In this document: positions 17,176 to 27,838 of the stretch, in pieces | Position numbering within the stretch: the first letter of the stretch is position 1 | Layout of the letters: each line of letters begins with the position of its first letter | Source: Patescibacteria group bacterium | GTDB lineage: Bacteria; Patescibacteriota; Patescibacteriia; Patescibacteriales; UBA12465 | Direction: 5' to 3' | DNA: 64,000 nucleotides | Assembly: GCA_041656935.1 (NCBI GenBank) | Contig: JBBACQ010000002.1 | Coordinates: forward strand, 27,603-91,602 | Position numbers and translations under genes: made by a program | Notes under the pieces: model-generated | Database searches by the model: none | What the model was told of the DNA's origin: nothing | Seen by the model: only the letters and a program-made list of their open reading frames with translations

Positions 17176-18426
17176 TTAAAAAATTTTTTCAAGACGAGCT
17201 TTAACATCACTAATAACTTCTCTCTCTATTTCCTTAATCGGTCTTCGACTAGAAGCTTGGGCCATTTTTTTTGTTCCTTCGGGGTTCATTTTTTTTATTA
17301 GTTCTAAAGAATTAATATTCTTTACCGAATAAACCAAAATATTGGTTTTAAAAATATCCCCGGAATTATTATTATGAACCACGATAGTTTTTTCGGCAAA
17401 ATCTTTTTTGTCTTGTTCGTTTATATAATGATCATCTAAAACAGACATTTCTGATAAGGAATAGAAAATAATAATAACCTTGGCGGTTGGAATACTGATA
17501 ATTAATTCATCAACCACGTCTTGTAAATTTTCTTCACTAGAGTTAGAAATCTGAAAATCATTTCTAAATAAAGTTGCCCAAACAATATTACTATCATCTG
17601 AAGTAGATAAATTATTCAAAACTCGGCCCCATAATTTTAAAGTGTTTAAACTCCGAGAGCGATAAAGATTAGCAACGATCTCTTCTCGTCGACCACCTAA
17701 TTCAATTAATTTAGAAGTGATATTTAAGGTTTGCGGTGTTAAATTAGGCGTTTTAAAACTTTTAGTTTTAAAAATAATTCCAGCCAATAGACAAGTAGCA
17801 ATATCTTCGTCTATAAAATTTAAATTATATTCAGAAAATAAACTAAAAATAATCTCAGTAACTGAAACCGTATTTAAATCAATCAGATTTAATTGACCAA
17901 ATTCTTCATTCTCGGGACTATGATCAATATTTATAATAGTTGTCTTATAAAAAAAATCCACATTACTATCATAAATTCGACCTAAAGATTCTAAGTCATG
18001 ACAATTAACGGTAATAATTAAATCATATTTAAAACCAGACATGCTTGACCTAATATCTTCGCTAGTAAAAAAACCATCCTGCGGAGAAATTATAAAATTC
18101 AAATGATTATCCTCAATAGTATATTTTATTTGATTGACCTTAGTATTTTTTAAATCAACCGAAACAACAAATTTCATTAAATTTTCTAAAGAACTTTTAA
18201 TCTCAAAAAACTTGGGTAAAAACTTAAAAGATTCCGCTGGGGTTTTGAAGTTTCCATTATTATTCATTTTTTCGGCCCCAATTTCTACATTTTTACCCAT
18301 TTTCTTTAAAAACAAAAATAAAGCCAAAGAAGCCGAAATAGCATCTCCGTTCCAATCAATCGAAAAAGTTATTAAAATATTGTTCGATTTTTGTATTAAA
18401 TTGAAAAATTGTTGATTTAATTGCAT
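17176..18426 (-). CDS. DHH-family phosphoesterase (NrnA-like)
   Basis: 416 aa with N-terminal DGDAISASLAL, an IDHS (DHH-like) motif and a DHHA1-like C-terminal half. Confidence 0.7.
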   Translation of the reverse strand: MQLNQQFFNLIQKSNNILITFSIDWNGDAISASLALFLFLKKMGKNVEIGAEKMNNNGNFKTPAESFKFLPKFFEIKSSLENLMKFVVSVDLKNTKVNQIKYTIEDNHLNFIISPQDGFFTSEDIRSSMSGFKYDLIITVNCHDLESLGRIYDSNVDFFYKTTIINIDHSPENEEFGQLNLIDLNTVSVTEIIFSLFSEYNLNFIDEDIATCLLAGIIFKTKSFKTPNLTPQTLNITSKLIELGGRREEIVANLYRSRSLNTLKLWGRVLNNLSTSDDSNIVWATLFRNDFQISNSSEENLQDVVDELIISIPTAKVIIIFYSLSEMSVLDDHYINEQDKKDFAEKTIVVHNNNSGDIFKTNILVYSVKNINSLELIKKMNPEGTKKMAQASSRRPIKEIEREVISDVKARLEKIF

Positions 18427-18506
18427 TTTTTCTATTAAAACATTAACTAAATACTATATATTTTTTTTGGAAAATAGTCAATAAAAATAAGCCCAAAAAG
18501 CATCTA

Positions 18507-18535
18507 TTGACAATTTATGCCAAAAAAGGTATAAT
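18507..18535 (+). promoter_or_regulatory. perfect consensus sigma70-type promoter
   Basis: TTGACA (18507-18512), 17-nt spacer, TATAAT (18530-18535). Confidence 0.75.
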
Positions 18536-18562
18536 AAATAAATAATAATTAAAAACAAAAAA

Positions 18563-18700
18563 ATGAGAGAAGAAGAATTAGTGATTTTAGCCCAAAAAAT
18601 AAAAGAAGGAAGTGCCTCTAAAGAAGAACTTCTTACCTTTCAAAGAGAAATTAAAAATCTTTTATCTGACACTAAGGACTTATTAAATGATGAAGAATAA
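18563..18700 (+). CDS. small hypothetical protein (45 aa)
   Basis: ATG..TAA ORF MREEELVILAQKIKEGSASKEELLTFQREIKNLLSDTKDLLNDEE directly downstream of the consensus promoter. Below the ORF-track size cutoff. Confidence 0.35.
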   Translation: MREEELVILAQKIKEGSASKEELLTFQREIKNLLSDTKDLLNDEE

Positions 18701-18765
18701 ATAATAATTAAATACTTTTTATTGTGATTAAGCTTAATCTTAATCGCGATACAGAGAATAAAAAT

Positions 18766-19257
18766 ATGGAGAAATTTACTATTGAACAAACCCCTAAAAT
18801 TAACCAAGACTCAACCACCAAAAAACTAACAAAAGATTTTGAATCTTCTGAAATAAAGAAAGACGCTTTAAGTCCAGAAGAGGCCAAAGAAATCTCGACA
18901 AACATGGAAGAAGCCCAACAGTTTGTTAATGAAATTAAGACTAAATTAGAATCAACTACTGGAGCAGAGATACAAGAGATGAAACCCGAAAAAAAGAAAA
19001 AACTATTAGGAAACTTTTCAACCTTAACTAAGGTTTTAACAATTATTGGAGCCACCGCTGTAACTGCTGGAGTAATTGCTTCTCACAATTATGGCTTTAG
19101 TGAAACCGCTTCTTTATTCGATATTAGTGAAAAAGGAGAATTCACCAGGGAAAGTATGATTGCTGGAATTTCAACTATCACAACCCTTCTTTTAATTCTT
19201 GGAACTTATGTAAATCATAAATTTGTTGAACCCTATAATCGAGGAGAAATTAATTAA
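18766..19257 (+). CDS. hypothetical membrane protein
   Basis: ATG at 18766 (the track start at 18724 is a GTG). Two C-terminal hydrophobic helices. Confidence 0.55.
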   Translation: MEKFTIEQTPKINQDSTTKKLTKDFESSEIKKDALSPEEAKEISTNMEEAQQFVNEIKTKLESTTGAEIQEMKPEKKKKLLGNFSTLTKVLTIIGATAVTAGVIASHNYGFSETASLFDISEKGEFTRESMIAGISTITTLLLILGTYVNHKFVEPYNRGEIN

Positions 19258-19270
19258 AAATATCAATACA

Positions 19271-19305
19271 AAAAAATCCGTTTTAAACCAAAAACGGATT
19301 TTTTT
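19271..19305 (+). terminator. Rho-independent terminator
   Basis: Stem ATCCGTTTT/AAAACGGAT followed by a T-run. Confidence 0.7.
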
Positions 19306-19320
19306 ATTGGCTAAAATTAA

Positions 19321-19360
19321 TTGACTAGAAAACTTAATAATGATAATATAATGCTATAAT
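19321..19360 (+). promoter_or_regulatory. valS promoter region
   Basis: TTGACT (19321-19326), 17-nt spacer, TAATAT; also an extended -10 TGCTATAAT at 19352-19360. Confidence 0.5.
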
Positions 19361-19385
19361 TTATTGAGCAAAAAGAAAATTAAAT

Positions 19386-22001
19386 ATGGATAAAGAGATA
19401 GAAAAAAACTATAATCCCGCTCAATGGGAAGATAAAATTTACGAAAAATGGGAAAAATCAGGTTATTTTAATCCTGATAATTTAAATTTACCAGAAAATA
19501 GCCCTAATTATACTATAATTTTACCACCACCCAATATTACCGCCAAACTTCACATTGGCCATGCCTCAACTATTGCCATTGAAGATTTATTCGTTAGATA
19601 CCATCGAATGAACGGCTACCGAACCTTATGGTTACCGGGAACCGATCACGCTGCTATTGCCACCCAAAACGTAGTTGAAAAAAAGATCTTAGCCGAAGAA
19701 AAGAAAACCAGACATGATTTAGGAAAAGAAAAATTTCTAGAAAAAGTTTGGAAATTTTTATACGAAACTCAAGCCACTATCTTAAACCAAACTCGAAAAA
19801 TGGGAGCATCTATTGACTGGAGTCGCCAAGCTTTTACTCTCGATGACGAAAGAAAAAAAGCCGTAACCAAAATGTTTGTTGATATGTATAATGAGAAGAT
19901 TATTTATCGCGGAGAAAGAGTTATTAATTGGTGCCCCCGCTGTAAATCTACCTTAGCTGATGATGAAATTGAATATCAAGAACAAAAAACTATCTTATAC
20001 ACCTTTAAATACGACGAAAACTTTCCTATAGCCATAGCTACCACTAGGCCCGAAACTAAATTAGGTGATACTGCTATCGCTGTTAATCCCAAAGATGAAA
20101 GATATAAAAAATATATCGGTCAAGAATTACCAGCCGATTTCTGCGGTCAGAAATTAAAAATAAAAGTAATCGCCGATATTAATGTTGATATGAATTTTGG
20201 AACTGGAGCTCTAGGCGTAACTCCAGCTCATTCCATAATCGATTCCGCCATGGCCCAAAAAAATAATTTAGAAAAGATTAAGGTTATTGATGAAAACGGA
20301 AATATAAAAGAAAATTTTGGAAAATTTTCTGGACAAAATGTTTCTCAAGCCCGACAAATGATAATAGCTATCTTGAAAGAGAAAAAATTAATCCTAAAAG
20401 AAGAAGAAATTGAAAATAATTTATCAACTTGCTATCGCTGTGGAACGGCCATCGAACCACTTCCTTCTAAACAATGGTTTGTCAGCGTTGATACTAAAAT
20501 TCCTCGTCTAGGGAATAAATCATTAAAAGAAAAAGCTATTTCCGCCGGAGAAAAAAAACAAATTGAATTTATTCCCGATAGATTTACTAAAAGATATTTA
20601 GATTGGATGACCAACTTACACGATTGGTGCATTAGCCGTCAAATTTGGTTTGGTCATGAAATTCCAGTTTGGTATAAAGGAGAAGAAATTTATGTTGGCG
20701 AAAAATCTCCAGTAGGAGATGGCTGGCAAAAAGACCCTGATACTCTGGATACTTGGTTTTCGTCTGGTATGTGGACATTTTCAACCTTAGGCTGGCCCGA
20801 TAATTTTAAAAATGGAGAAAAAACCGGTGACTTAAAAAAATTTCATCCTAACCAAATATTGGAAACTGGCTATGAAATTATTACCCTATGGGTTTCTCGT
20901 ATGATCATGATGTCTTTTTTTGCTCTAGACGAAATCCCCTTTGAAAAGGTTTATCTTCATGGCATGATTGTGGATAAAGACGGTAAAAAAATGAGCAAAT
21001 CTAAAGGAAATGGTATTGATCCCCTAGATATGATAGAAAAATTTGGCACTGATTCTTTACGTTTATCATTATTATTAGGAAACACTCCCGGAAACGATTT
21101 AAGAATAAACGAAGAAAAAATTGCAAGTTACCGAAACTTTGTTAACAAACTTTGGAACATTAGTCGCTTTATAATTTCCAACACCACTGAGTTTAGAGAT
21201 GATTTCGAAATGAAAAATTTAACTTTAGCCGACAAATGGATATTAAATAAATTAAATAAAATTGTTTCTAACTCAACCCAAGATTTAAAGGACTATAAAT
21301 TTGCCTCCAACGGCGAAGAGCTACGAGAATTCACTTGGAACGACTTAGCTGACTGGTATTTAGAAGCTAAAAAATTTGAAAAAGATGAAAATAAAAATAA
21401 AATTTTAATTTTTGTTCTAAAAACCATATTAAAATTATGGCATCCCTTCATTCCCTTTATAACCGAAACCATCTGGCAACAATTAGGAGAAAAATCAATA
21501 CTAATGACCTCTTCTTGGCCTCAAAAACAAAATTTTAACTTTTCCGAAGAAGAAAAAAATTTCAATTTAATTGAGGAAATTATCATCTCCATCCGAAATG
21601 CCCGGTCAGATAATAAAATAGAACCAAGCCGAAAAATTAAAGCTGTGATTTTAGCTGGCTCCGAACAAAAACTATTAACCGAACAAGCTCACCTGATAAA
21701 AAGCTTAAAAACCGGAATTGAAGAAATAATTTTTATCGCCAATAAAGACGAATTAAAAGAAGATAGCTTTATCTTAGTGACAACCGCCCAGATAGAAATA
21801 TATTTAATCGGAGCAATTGATGAAGAAAAAGAAAAAATCCGTCGACAAAAAGAAACCGAGAAATTAGACCAAGCTATAAAAATACTAGAAGAAAAATTAG
21901 CCAATAAAGAATTTTTAGCCAAAGCTCCCGCAATTTTGGTAGCCAAAGAAAAAGAAAAACTAGCTGATTACAAAATTGAAAAAAAGAAAATAAAAAATTA
22001 A
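19386..22001 (+). CDS. valS: valine--tRNA ligase
   Basis: 871 aa with HIGH-type motif KLHIGHA, KMSKS, and a C-terminal coiled coil. Confidence 0.95.
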   Translation: MDKEIEKNYNPAQWEDKIYEKWEKSGYFNPDNLNLPENSPNYTIILPPPNITAKLHIGHASTIAIEDLFVRYHRMNGYRTLWLPGTDHAAIATQNVVEKKILAEEKKTRHDLGKEKFLEKVWKFLYETQATILNQTRKMGASIDWSRQAFTLDDERKKAVTKMFVDMYNEKIIYRGERVINWCPRCKSTLADDEIEYQEQKTILYTFKYDENFPIAIATTRPETKLGDTAIAVNPKDERYKKYIGQELPADFCGQKLKIKVIADINVDMNFGTGALGVTPAHSIIDSAMAQKNNLEKIKVIDENGNIKENFGKFSGQNVSQARQMIIAILKEKKLILKEEEIENNLSTCYRCGTAIEPLPSKQWFVSVDTKIPRLGNKSLKEKAISAGEKKQIEFIPDRFTKRYLDWMTNLHDWCISRQIWFGHEIPVWYKGEEIYVGEKSPVGDGWQKDPDTLDTWFSSGMWTFSTLGWPDNFKNGEKTGDLKKFHPNQILETGYEIITLWVSRMIMMSFFALDEIPFEKVYLHGMIVDKDGKKMSKSKGNGIDPLDMIEKFGTDSLRLSLLLGNTPGNDLRINEEKIASYRNFVNKLWNISRFIISNTTEFRDDFEMKNLTLADKWILNKLNKIVSNSTQDLKDYKFASNGEELREFTWNDLADWYLEAKKFEKDENKNKILIFVLKTILKLWHPFIPFITETIWQQLGEKSILMTSSWPQKQNFNFSEEEKNFNLIEEIIISIRNARSDNKIEPSRKIKAVILAGSEQKLLTEQAHLIKSLKTGIEEIIFIANKDELKEDSFILVTTAQIEIYLIGAIDEEKEKIRRQKETEKLDQAIKILEEKLANKEFLAKAPAILVAKEKEKLADYKIEKKKIKN

Positions 22002-22011
22002 TTCCAAAATT

Positions 22012-22386
22012 ATGACTCTAAAAAAATACTTCTTCTCAATTGGACTATTAACCTTATTTTTATGGGCCCTGTTTATCTTTTTAGCCCTAATTATTAACCC
22101 TGAAACTAGCGATTGGGTTGGCTTTGTATTTTTTTATTCCTCTTTATTCCTAGCCTTAAGTGGAACAATAATTATTATTGGCTTTAATATTAGAAAAAAA
22201 CAACTTCAAAAAAACCTAGCTTTCTATTTAGTAAAAACCTCTTTCCGCCAAGCCTTTCTTTTTTCTCTATTAATCACGGCCACCCTATTTATGTTAGCAG
22301 AAAATTTGTTTTCCTGGTTAAATATTTTAATTTTAATATTAATTCTATCTATAACTGAATATATTTTAATTAATAATACTAAATAA
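22012..22386 (+). CDS. hypothetical integral membrane protein
   Basis: 124 aa with four hydrophobic segments. Confidence 0.55.
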   Translation: MTLKKYFFSIGLLTLFLWALFIFLALIINPETSDWVGFVFFYSSLFLALSGTIIIIGFNIRKKQLQKNLAFYLVKTSFRQAFLFSLLITATLFMLAENLFSWLNILILILILSITEYILINNTK

Positions 22387-22390
22387 AAAT

Positions 22391-23416
22391 ATGAAAAATA
22401 AATTATTAAAAATTAAAGAGGGAATTTTAAAAAAAGTAAAAGAGATTAAGAACTCTGATGAATTGCAAAAAATAGAAGAGCAGTATTTGGGCAGAAAAAG
22501 TGAGTTTAATGCTATTTTAAAAAATATTAAAGAGTTAAGCCCGGAAATTAAAAAAGAAATCGGGGCCTTAGCTAATTCCATAAAAGAGGAATTAATTAAC
22601 GAAATAAATGAATTAAAAGGCAAAATAAATGTTTCAACTAAAAAAGAATTTATTGACCCCAGTTTACCGGGAGAAAGAACCGAGAAAGGGCATCTCCACC
22701 CTATTACCGTCGTTCAGGAAGAAATAGAAGAATTATTTTCTTCTATGGGTTTTAAAATTCTCGATGGTCCTGAGCTAGAGAGTGATTATTATAATTTTAC
22801 TGCCTTAAATTTCTCCAAGCATCATCCCGCCAGAGAGATGCAAGACACTTTTTTTATTGATATGAAAAATGAAGATGGTGAAAATGATATTTTAATGAGA
22901 ACTCATACCTCTCCTATGCAAATTAGAGCCATGAAAAAATATGGAGCCCCCCTTAAAGCGCTTATCCCTGGAAAATGTTTTAGAAATGAGGCGACTGATG
23001 CTCGGCACGAACATACCTTCTATCATGTTGAGGGTATAATGATTGATAAAAATATAAATTTCTCGAATCTTAAAGGAGTTTTAGAAATGATAGGAAAAAA
23101 ATTATACGGTCCTAAAACCAAATTAAGAATGCGACCAAAACACTATCCTTTTGTTGAACCTGGCAGTAACGGCGAATATACTTGTTTTCTTTGCCAAGGA
23201 AAAGGCTGTCGAGTTTGCAAAAACAGTGGCTGGTTAGAAATACTCGGTTGCGGAATGATACATCCCGAAGTCTTAAGAAAAGGCGGAATCGATCCGAATG
23301 AATATTCAGGCTTCGCCTTCGGTCTTGGTTTGGACAGACTAGTAATGTTAAAATATAATATTAATGATGTCAGACTTTTTAATAGTGGCGACTTACAATT
23401 TTTAAATCAATTTTAA
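22391..23416 (+). CDS. pheS: phenylalanine--tRNA ligase alpha subunit
   Basis: 341 aa with class II core ...FRNEATDARHEHTFYHVEG...GFAFGLGLDRL. Confidence 0.95.
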   Translation: MKNKLLKIKEGILKKVKEIKNSDELQKIEEQYLGRKSEFNAILKNIKELSPEIKKEIGALANSIKEELINEINELKGKINVSTKKEFIDPSLPGERTEKGHLHPITVVQEEIEELFSSMGFKILDGPELESDYYNFTALNFSKHHPAREMQDTFFIDMKNEDGENDILMRTHTSPMQIRAMKKYGAPLKALIPGKCFRNEATDARHEHTFYHVEGIMIDKNINFSNLKGVLEMIGKKLYGPKTKLRMRPKHYPFVEPGSNGEYTCFLCQGKGCRVCKNSGWLEILGCGMIHPEVLRKGGIDPNEYSGFAFGLGLDRLVMLKYNINDVRLFNSGDLQFLNQF

Positions 23417-23461
23417 TTATGTAACTTATCTATATTAACTTACATAATTAATCTAAATAAT

Positions 23462-25918
23462 ATGAATATATCATTAAATTGGCTAAAGGAGTTTGTTAGT
23501 TTATCAAATATTAGCTCCGAAGAAATAAAAGACCGACTAACGGCCCATACTGTTGAAGTAGAAAAAATTATAAAACAAAAAGAACAATATCAAAATATTG
23601 TAGTAGCTGAAATTTTAGAAATAAAAAAACATCCGCAAGCTGATAAATTACAATTAGTTCTAGTTGATGCTGGAGAAAAGGAAAATTTAAAGGTTGTTTG
23701 CGGAGCTTTTAACATTTCTTGCGGACAATTAGTCCCTTTGGCTAAAATTGGAGCAATCTTACCAAATGGTTTAGAAATAAAAAAGGCTGAAATTAGAGGA
23801 GAAGAGTCAAATGGAATGCTCTGTGCTGAAGATGAACTAGGACTAGGATCTAACCATGATGGGATAATGATTTTATCCTCCCAAGCCAAAAAGGGAGAAC
23901 TTTTAGCTGATTATCTAGAATTAAACGAAGTTGTCTTAGAAATAGACAATAAATCAATCTCTAATCGCCCTGATCTTTGGTCTCACTATGGAATTGCTCG
24001 AGAATTGGCCATCTTATTTAATAAAAAATTAGATGATTATTCAACCAAAGAAATTAAAATAAAAAAAGACAATAAAAAAGAGAAAACAAAACTAGAAGTA
24101 AAAATAGAAGTTAAAAATCTTTGTCAAAAATATTTAGCTCTAAAAATAGAAAATATAAAAATTGAAGATTCACCGAAATGGCTAAAAAACAGATTAACCT
24201 CTTTAGGAGTTAAACCAATAAATAATATTGTTGATATTACAAATTATATTATGTTTGAAACCGGACAACCACTTCATGCCTTTGATGGCGAAAATATTAA
24301 AAAAATAATAATTAAGAAAGCTACTAAGAACGAAAAAATCATGGGGCTAGATGAAGGAGAAAAAAAATTAGAAGAAGATGACTTGGTTATTAGTAGCGAC
24401 AAAGAAACCATTGCTATCGCTGGAGTTATTGGTGCTAAAAATAGTCAAATAAATAACACCACTTCAACTATTATTATAGAGTCGGCTAATTTTGATGCTG
24501 TTTCAGTTAGAAAAACAGCTCAAAGACTAAACACTAGAACTGATGCCGCGATGCGCTTTGAGAAAGGGCTAGATCCAAACTTATGTAAAATAGCTATTAA
24601 TAAAGCTGGGGAAATGATAAAAAAAATCTCTCCCTCGGCTAATTTTAATCATGAGATAATAGAAACCGGAGATTTTGTGGAAGAAAACAAGATCATAACT
24701 TTAGATTTAGATTGGGCCGATAAACTTATTGGTCAAAAAATTGATAGAAAGGAAATTAAAAAAATCCTAGAAAGCTTAGGACTAAAAATAGAAAAAAATA
24801 AAAACCTGAAAAAAAATGAAGACAAATCTTGGGCTGAAGAATGGGATATTAAAATTCCATCTTGGAGAACAAAAGACTTATCAATTAAAGAAGATCTTAT
24901 TGAAGAAATAATAAGAATCTACGGCTATGATAATATTAAATCAAGCTCCCCTAAGGGTGAAATAATCCCTCCCGAAAAAGATAAAGAATTGGAATTAATT
25001 AAAAAAATAAAAAAAATCTTAGCTTTAAGCTACAAAATGAACGAAGTTTATAATTATTCCTTTGTAAGCGAAGAACAATTATTAAAACTAAATTTAGATC
25101 CTAAAACATACCTTCAACTATTAAATCCTTTATCAACTCAACATACTCTCTTGAGACAAACCATGACCACTCATTTACTATCTAATGTTAAAACCAACCA
25201 AGCCAAATATAATAAAATAGCTTTATTTGAAATTGGTAATGTTTTCTTGAATATCAGTGGAGACTTAAATAAAGACGAAACTCTATTGAATAATTTACCT
25301 TATCAAGAGAAAAAAATAGGATTAATCCTAGCCGAAAATACAAACGAAAAATTTAAAAATTTAAAAAATATAATATTTAATGCCATCGAAGAAATTAGCG
25401 AAGGAGCAGAATTAAAATTTTTACCAACCGAATCAATAATAGATTGGGCCGACCAAAATGAAAAATGCTTATTAATGTTGAATGACAAAGAAATTGGATT
25501 TTTAGCTACTATCAGTAAAGAAGTTTTAAATAAAAACGGAATTAAAAAAGAGGTTTCAGCCCTAGAAATCAGTCTTAAGTCGTTATTATCAGCTCTATCT
25601 AATCTAGAAACCAAACAATATCAAGAAATCCCTAAATTTCCCCCAATCAATCGAGATCTAGCCTTTGTAATTGATGAAAAAATATTTTATAATGATATTA
25701 GACAAGAAATCAAAGATTTTAATCCTTTAATAAAAAGAGTTGATTTGTTTGATGTTTATTCGGGCAAAAATCTAGAAGCTAATAAAAAGAGTTTGGCCTT
25801 CCATGTAATTTATCAATCTGGAGAAAAAACTTTAACCAATGAAAGTGTCGATAAAATTGAAGCTGAATTAATAAAATTATTAGAAAGTAAATTTAATGCT
25901 CAAATTAGGAACTTTTAA
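23462..25918 (+). CDS. pheT: phenylalanine--tRNA ligase beta subunit
   Basis: 818 aa with N-terminal tRNA-binding domain, B3/4 and B5 domains, and a C-terminal anticodon-binding fold. Confidence 0.95.
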   Translation: MNISLNWLKEFVSLSNISSEEIKDRLTAHTVEVEKIIKQKEQYQNIVVAEILEIKKHPQADKLQLVLVDAGEKENLKVVCGAFNISCGQLVPLAKIGAILPNGLEIKKAEIRGEESNGMLCAEDELGLGSNHDGIMILSSQAKKGELLADYLELNEVVLEIDNKSISNRPDLWSHYGIARELAILFNKKLDDYSTKEIKIKKDNKKEKTKLEVKIEVKNLCQKYLALKIENIKIEDSPKWLKNRLTSLGVKPINNIVDITNYIMFETGQPLHAFDGENIKKIIIKKATKNEKIMGLDEGEKKLEEDDLVISSDKETIAIAGVIGAKNSQINNTTSTIIIESANFDAVSVRKTAQRLNTRTDAAMRFEKGLDPNLCKIAINKAGEMIKKISPSANFNHEIIETGDFVEENKIITLDLDWADKLIGQKIDRKEIKKILESLGLKIEKNKNLKKNEDKSWAEEWDIKIPSWRTKDLSIKEDLIEEIIRIYGYDNIKSSSPKGEIIPPEKDKELELIKKIKKILALSYKMNEVYNYSFVSEEQLLKLNLDPKTYLQLLNPLSTQHTLLRQTMTTHLLSNVKTNQAKYNKIALFEIGNVFLNISGDLNKDETLLNNLPYQEKKIGLILAENTNEKFKNLKNIIFNAIEEISEGAELKFLPTESIIDWADQNEKCLLMLNDKEIGFLATISKEVLNKNGIKKEVSALEISLKSLLSALSNLETKQYQEIPKFPPINRDLAFVIDEKIFYNDIRQEIKDFNPLIKRVDLFDVYSGKNLEANKKSLAFHVIYQSGEKTLTNESVDKIEAELIKLLESKFNAQIRNF

Positions 25919-25955
25919 AAATTAAAAATAAATTAATAAATTAAACTTTAAAATT

Positions 25956-26255
25956 ATGTTAGAAACAAGCCGAGATATTTTAAACTTATCAATCGCCGTG
26001 GCCGTTATAGCTTTAGCTATTTTTCTTTGTTGGACCTTATACTATTTTATTTCTAATCTAAAGCGATTAAACCGAATCAGTAGCAAAATAGAGAAAGGAG
26101 TAGTCAAGGTTGACGGGCTAATAGATTTGATAAAAGATAAAGTCAAAAGAAGTAGTTCTTATTTATTCCTTTTTTCTAAACTAGCTGATCGGGCTATCGA
26201 TTATTTTAGCCGAAAGAATGAAGAAAAAAAAGAGAACAAAAAGAGCAAAAAATAA
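25956..26255 (+). CDS. hypothetical membrane-anchored protein
   Basis: 99 aa with one TM helix and a Lys-rich tail. Confidence 0.5.
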   Translation: MLETSRDILNLSIAVAVIALAIFLCWTLYYFISNLKRLNRISSKIEKGVVKVDGLIDLIKDKVKRSSSYLFLFSKLADRAIDYFSRKNEEKKENKKSKK

Positions 26256-26273
26256 TTTTTTAATCTAAAGAAA

Positions 26274-27272
26274 ATGAAAAAAACAATTCTTACCGGCGAT
26301 CGTCCTACCGGACAATTACATATCGGTCATTTATTTGGCTCCCTGCTTAATCGAGTTAAATTACAAAAAGAATACCAAACCTATATTATGTTAGCCGATG
26401 TTCAGGCCTTAACTGATAATTTTAATAACCCGGAAAAGGTTAGAACTAATGTTATGGAAGTAGCTATGGATAATTTAGCGGTTGGAATCGACCCTAAACA
26501 TTCAACTATTTTTATTCAATCTCTTATACCGGAAATTGCCGAACTAACTGTATTTTATTCTAATTTAGTAACAATTGCTCGTTTGCAAAGAAATCCAACG
26601 GTTAAAGAAGAAGTCGGCCAAAAACCGGAGCTCTTTAAAGATAGTGTAACCTTTGGATTCTTAGGTTATCCAGTTAGCCAAGCCGCCGATATTACTGCTT
26701 TTGAAGCTGATTTAGTGCCTGTCGGCGAAGACCAATTACCAGTGATAGAACAGACCCGAGAGATTGTTAAAAAATTTAATAATATTTATGGCCAAACCTT
26801 AGTTCTCCCCACAGCTTTAGTCAGCGATTTTGGTCGTGTTAAAGGGTTGGATGGAAATACCAAAATGGGCAAAAGCTTAGATAATGCTATTTTTATAGCC
26901 GACACCCCAGAAATAATTAGAACTAAAGTTAATAAAGCCTTAACTGATTCTCAGAAAGTAAAATTAAATGATAAGGGACGACCAGAAATTTGTACTGTTT
27001 TTTCTTATCATAAAATTTTCAGCCAAACTAATCTAACAACCATTAAACAAGAATGTCAAAATGGAACTCGAGGTTGTTCTCAATGTAAAAAAGAATTAGC
27101 CGAAAATATTATAGAATTTTTAAAACCAATTCAGGAAAAGAGAAAATATTATGAGAAAAGACCGAAGTTGGTGGAGAAAATATTGAAAGATGGAACTAAA
27201 AGAGCCAAAAAGAAAGCCGAAGAAACTTTAAAGAAGGTAAAGAAGAAGATGAAATTAGATTATTTTAAATAG
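26274..27272 (+). CDS. trpS: tryptophan--tRNA ligase
   Basis: 332 aa with GQLHIGHL and KMGKS motifs. Confidence 0.95.
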   Translation: MKKTILTGDRPTGQLHIGHLFGSLLNRVKLQKEYQTYIMLADVQALTDNFNNPEKVRTNVMEVAMDNLAVGIDPKHSTIFIQSLIPEIAELTVFYSNLVTIARLQRNPTVKEEVGQKPELFKDSVTFGFLGYPVSQAADITAFEADLVPVGEDQLPVIEQTREIVKKFNNIYGQTLVLPTALVSDFGRVKGLDGNTKMGKSLDNAIFIADTPEIIRTKVNKALTDSQKVKLNDKGRPEICTVFSYHKIFSQTNLTTIKQECQNGTRGCSQCKKELAENIIEFLKPIQEKRKYYEKRPKLVEKILKDGTKRAKKKAEETLKKVKKKMKLDYFK

Positions 27273-27280
27273 AAAATAAT

Positions 27281-27311
27281 AAAAAATAGAGGTCTAAGGC
27301 CTCTATTTTTT
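27281..27311. terminator. bidirectional terminator
   Basis: AAAAAATAGAGG-TCTAAGG-CCTCTATTTTTT between convergent trpS and the 93-aa gene. Confidence 0.65.
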
Positions 27312-27339
27312 ATTTAAACGAAATTATTTTAATAATAAT

Positions 27340-27621
27340 TTAAGATCTTCTTTCTTCTTGATAGGCCTTATATCTCCTAACGAATTCATCAATATCGTCT
27401 TTGTGGATTTTAACATCACAATAATTTCCTGGGTTTCCTAGAATACGAAGGCCATCGCCCAAATTTGGACAATCACAACTCTCATCACCGAAAGCATAGG
27501 CAACACCATATTGACCTTGTTTTTTTAATATCTGTCTTGAGACATCTCCAAAATTAACAAAACCGTCTTTATCTGCCTCAAATGAAGGTTTTTGTTCAAA
27601 CGATGATTCTTTGGGTCCCAT
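27340..27621 (-). CDS. hypothetical Cys-containing small protein
   Basis: 93-aa ORF with ATG start; no recognised motif. Confidence 0.5.
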   Translation of the reverse strand: MGPKESSFEQKPSFEADKDGFVNFGDVSRQILKKQGQYGVAYAFGDESCDCPNLGDGLRILGNPGNYCDVKIHKDDIDEFVRRYKAYQEERRS

Positions 27622-27714
27622 AGTTTTTAAATTAAATTTAAATTATATAATAAGTATTTTTTATTTTTTTACAAACTTCTTTTTTATCTATGAGTTAAAA
27701 ACTATTAAATATTT

Positions 27715-27802
27715 CACATAACGTTCGTTGATATCTGACGTTCTCCGTAGCGATAGCAGAGGAGAATGTGGCGAAGCCCTTGCAGATATCAGCTGTTATG
27801 TG
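27715..27802 (-). other. attC-like imperfect-palindrome site, copy 2
   Basis: CACATAAC-GTTC-GTTGATATCTG...CAGATATCAGC-T-GTTATGTG with inner stem TTCTCC/GGAGAA. Lies directly 3' of the HD gene stop codon. Confidence 0.6.
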
Positions 27803-27838
27803 CCCCAAAGGGTCGGAGCGATAGCGGAGATGTAAATC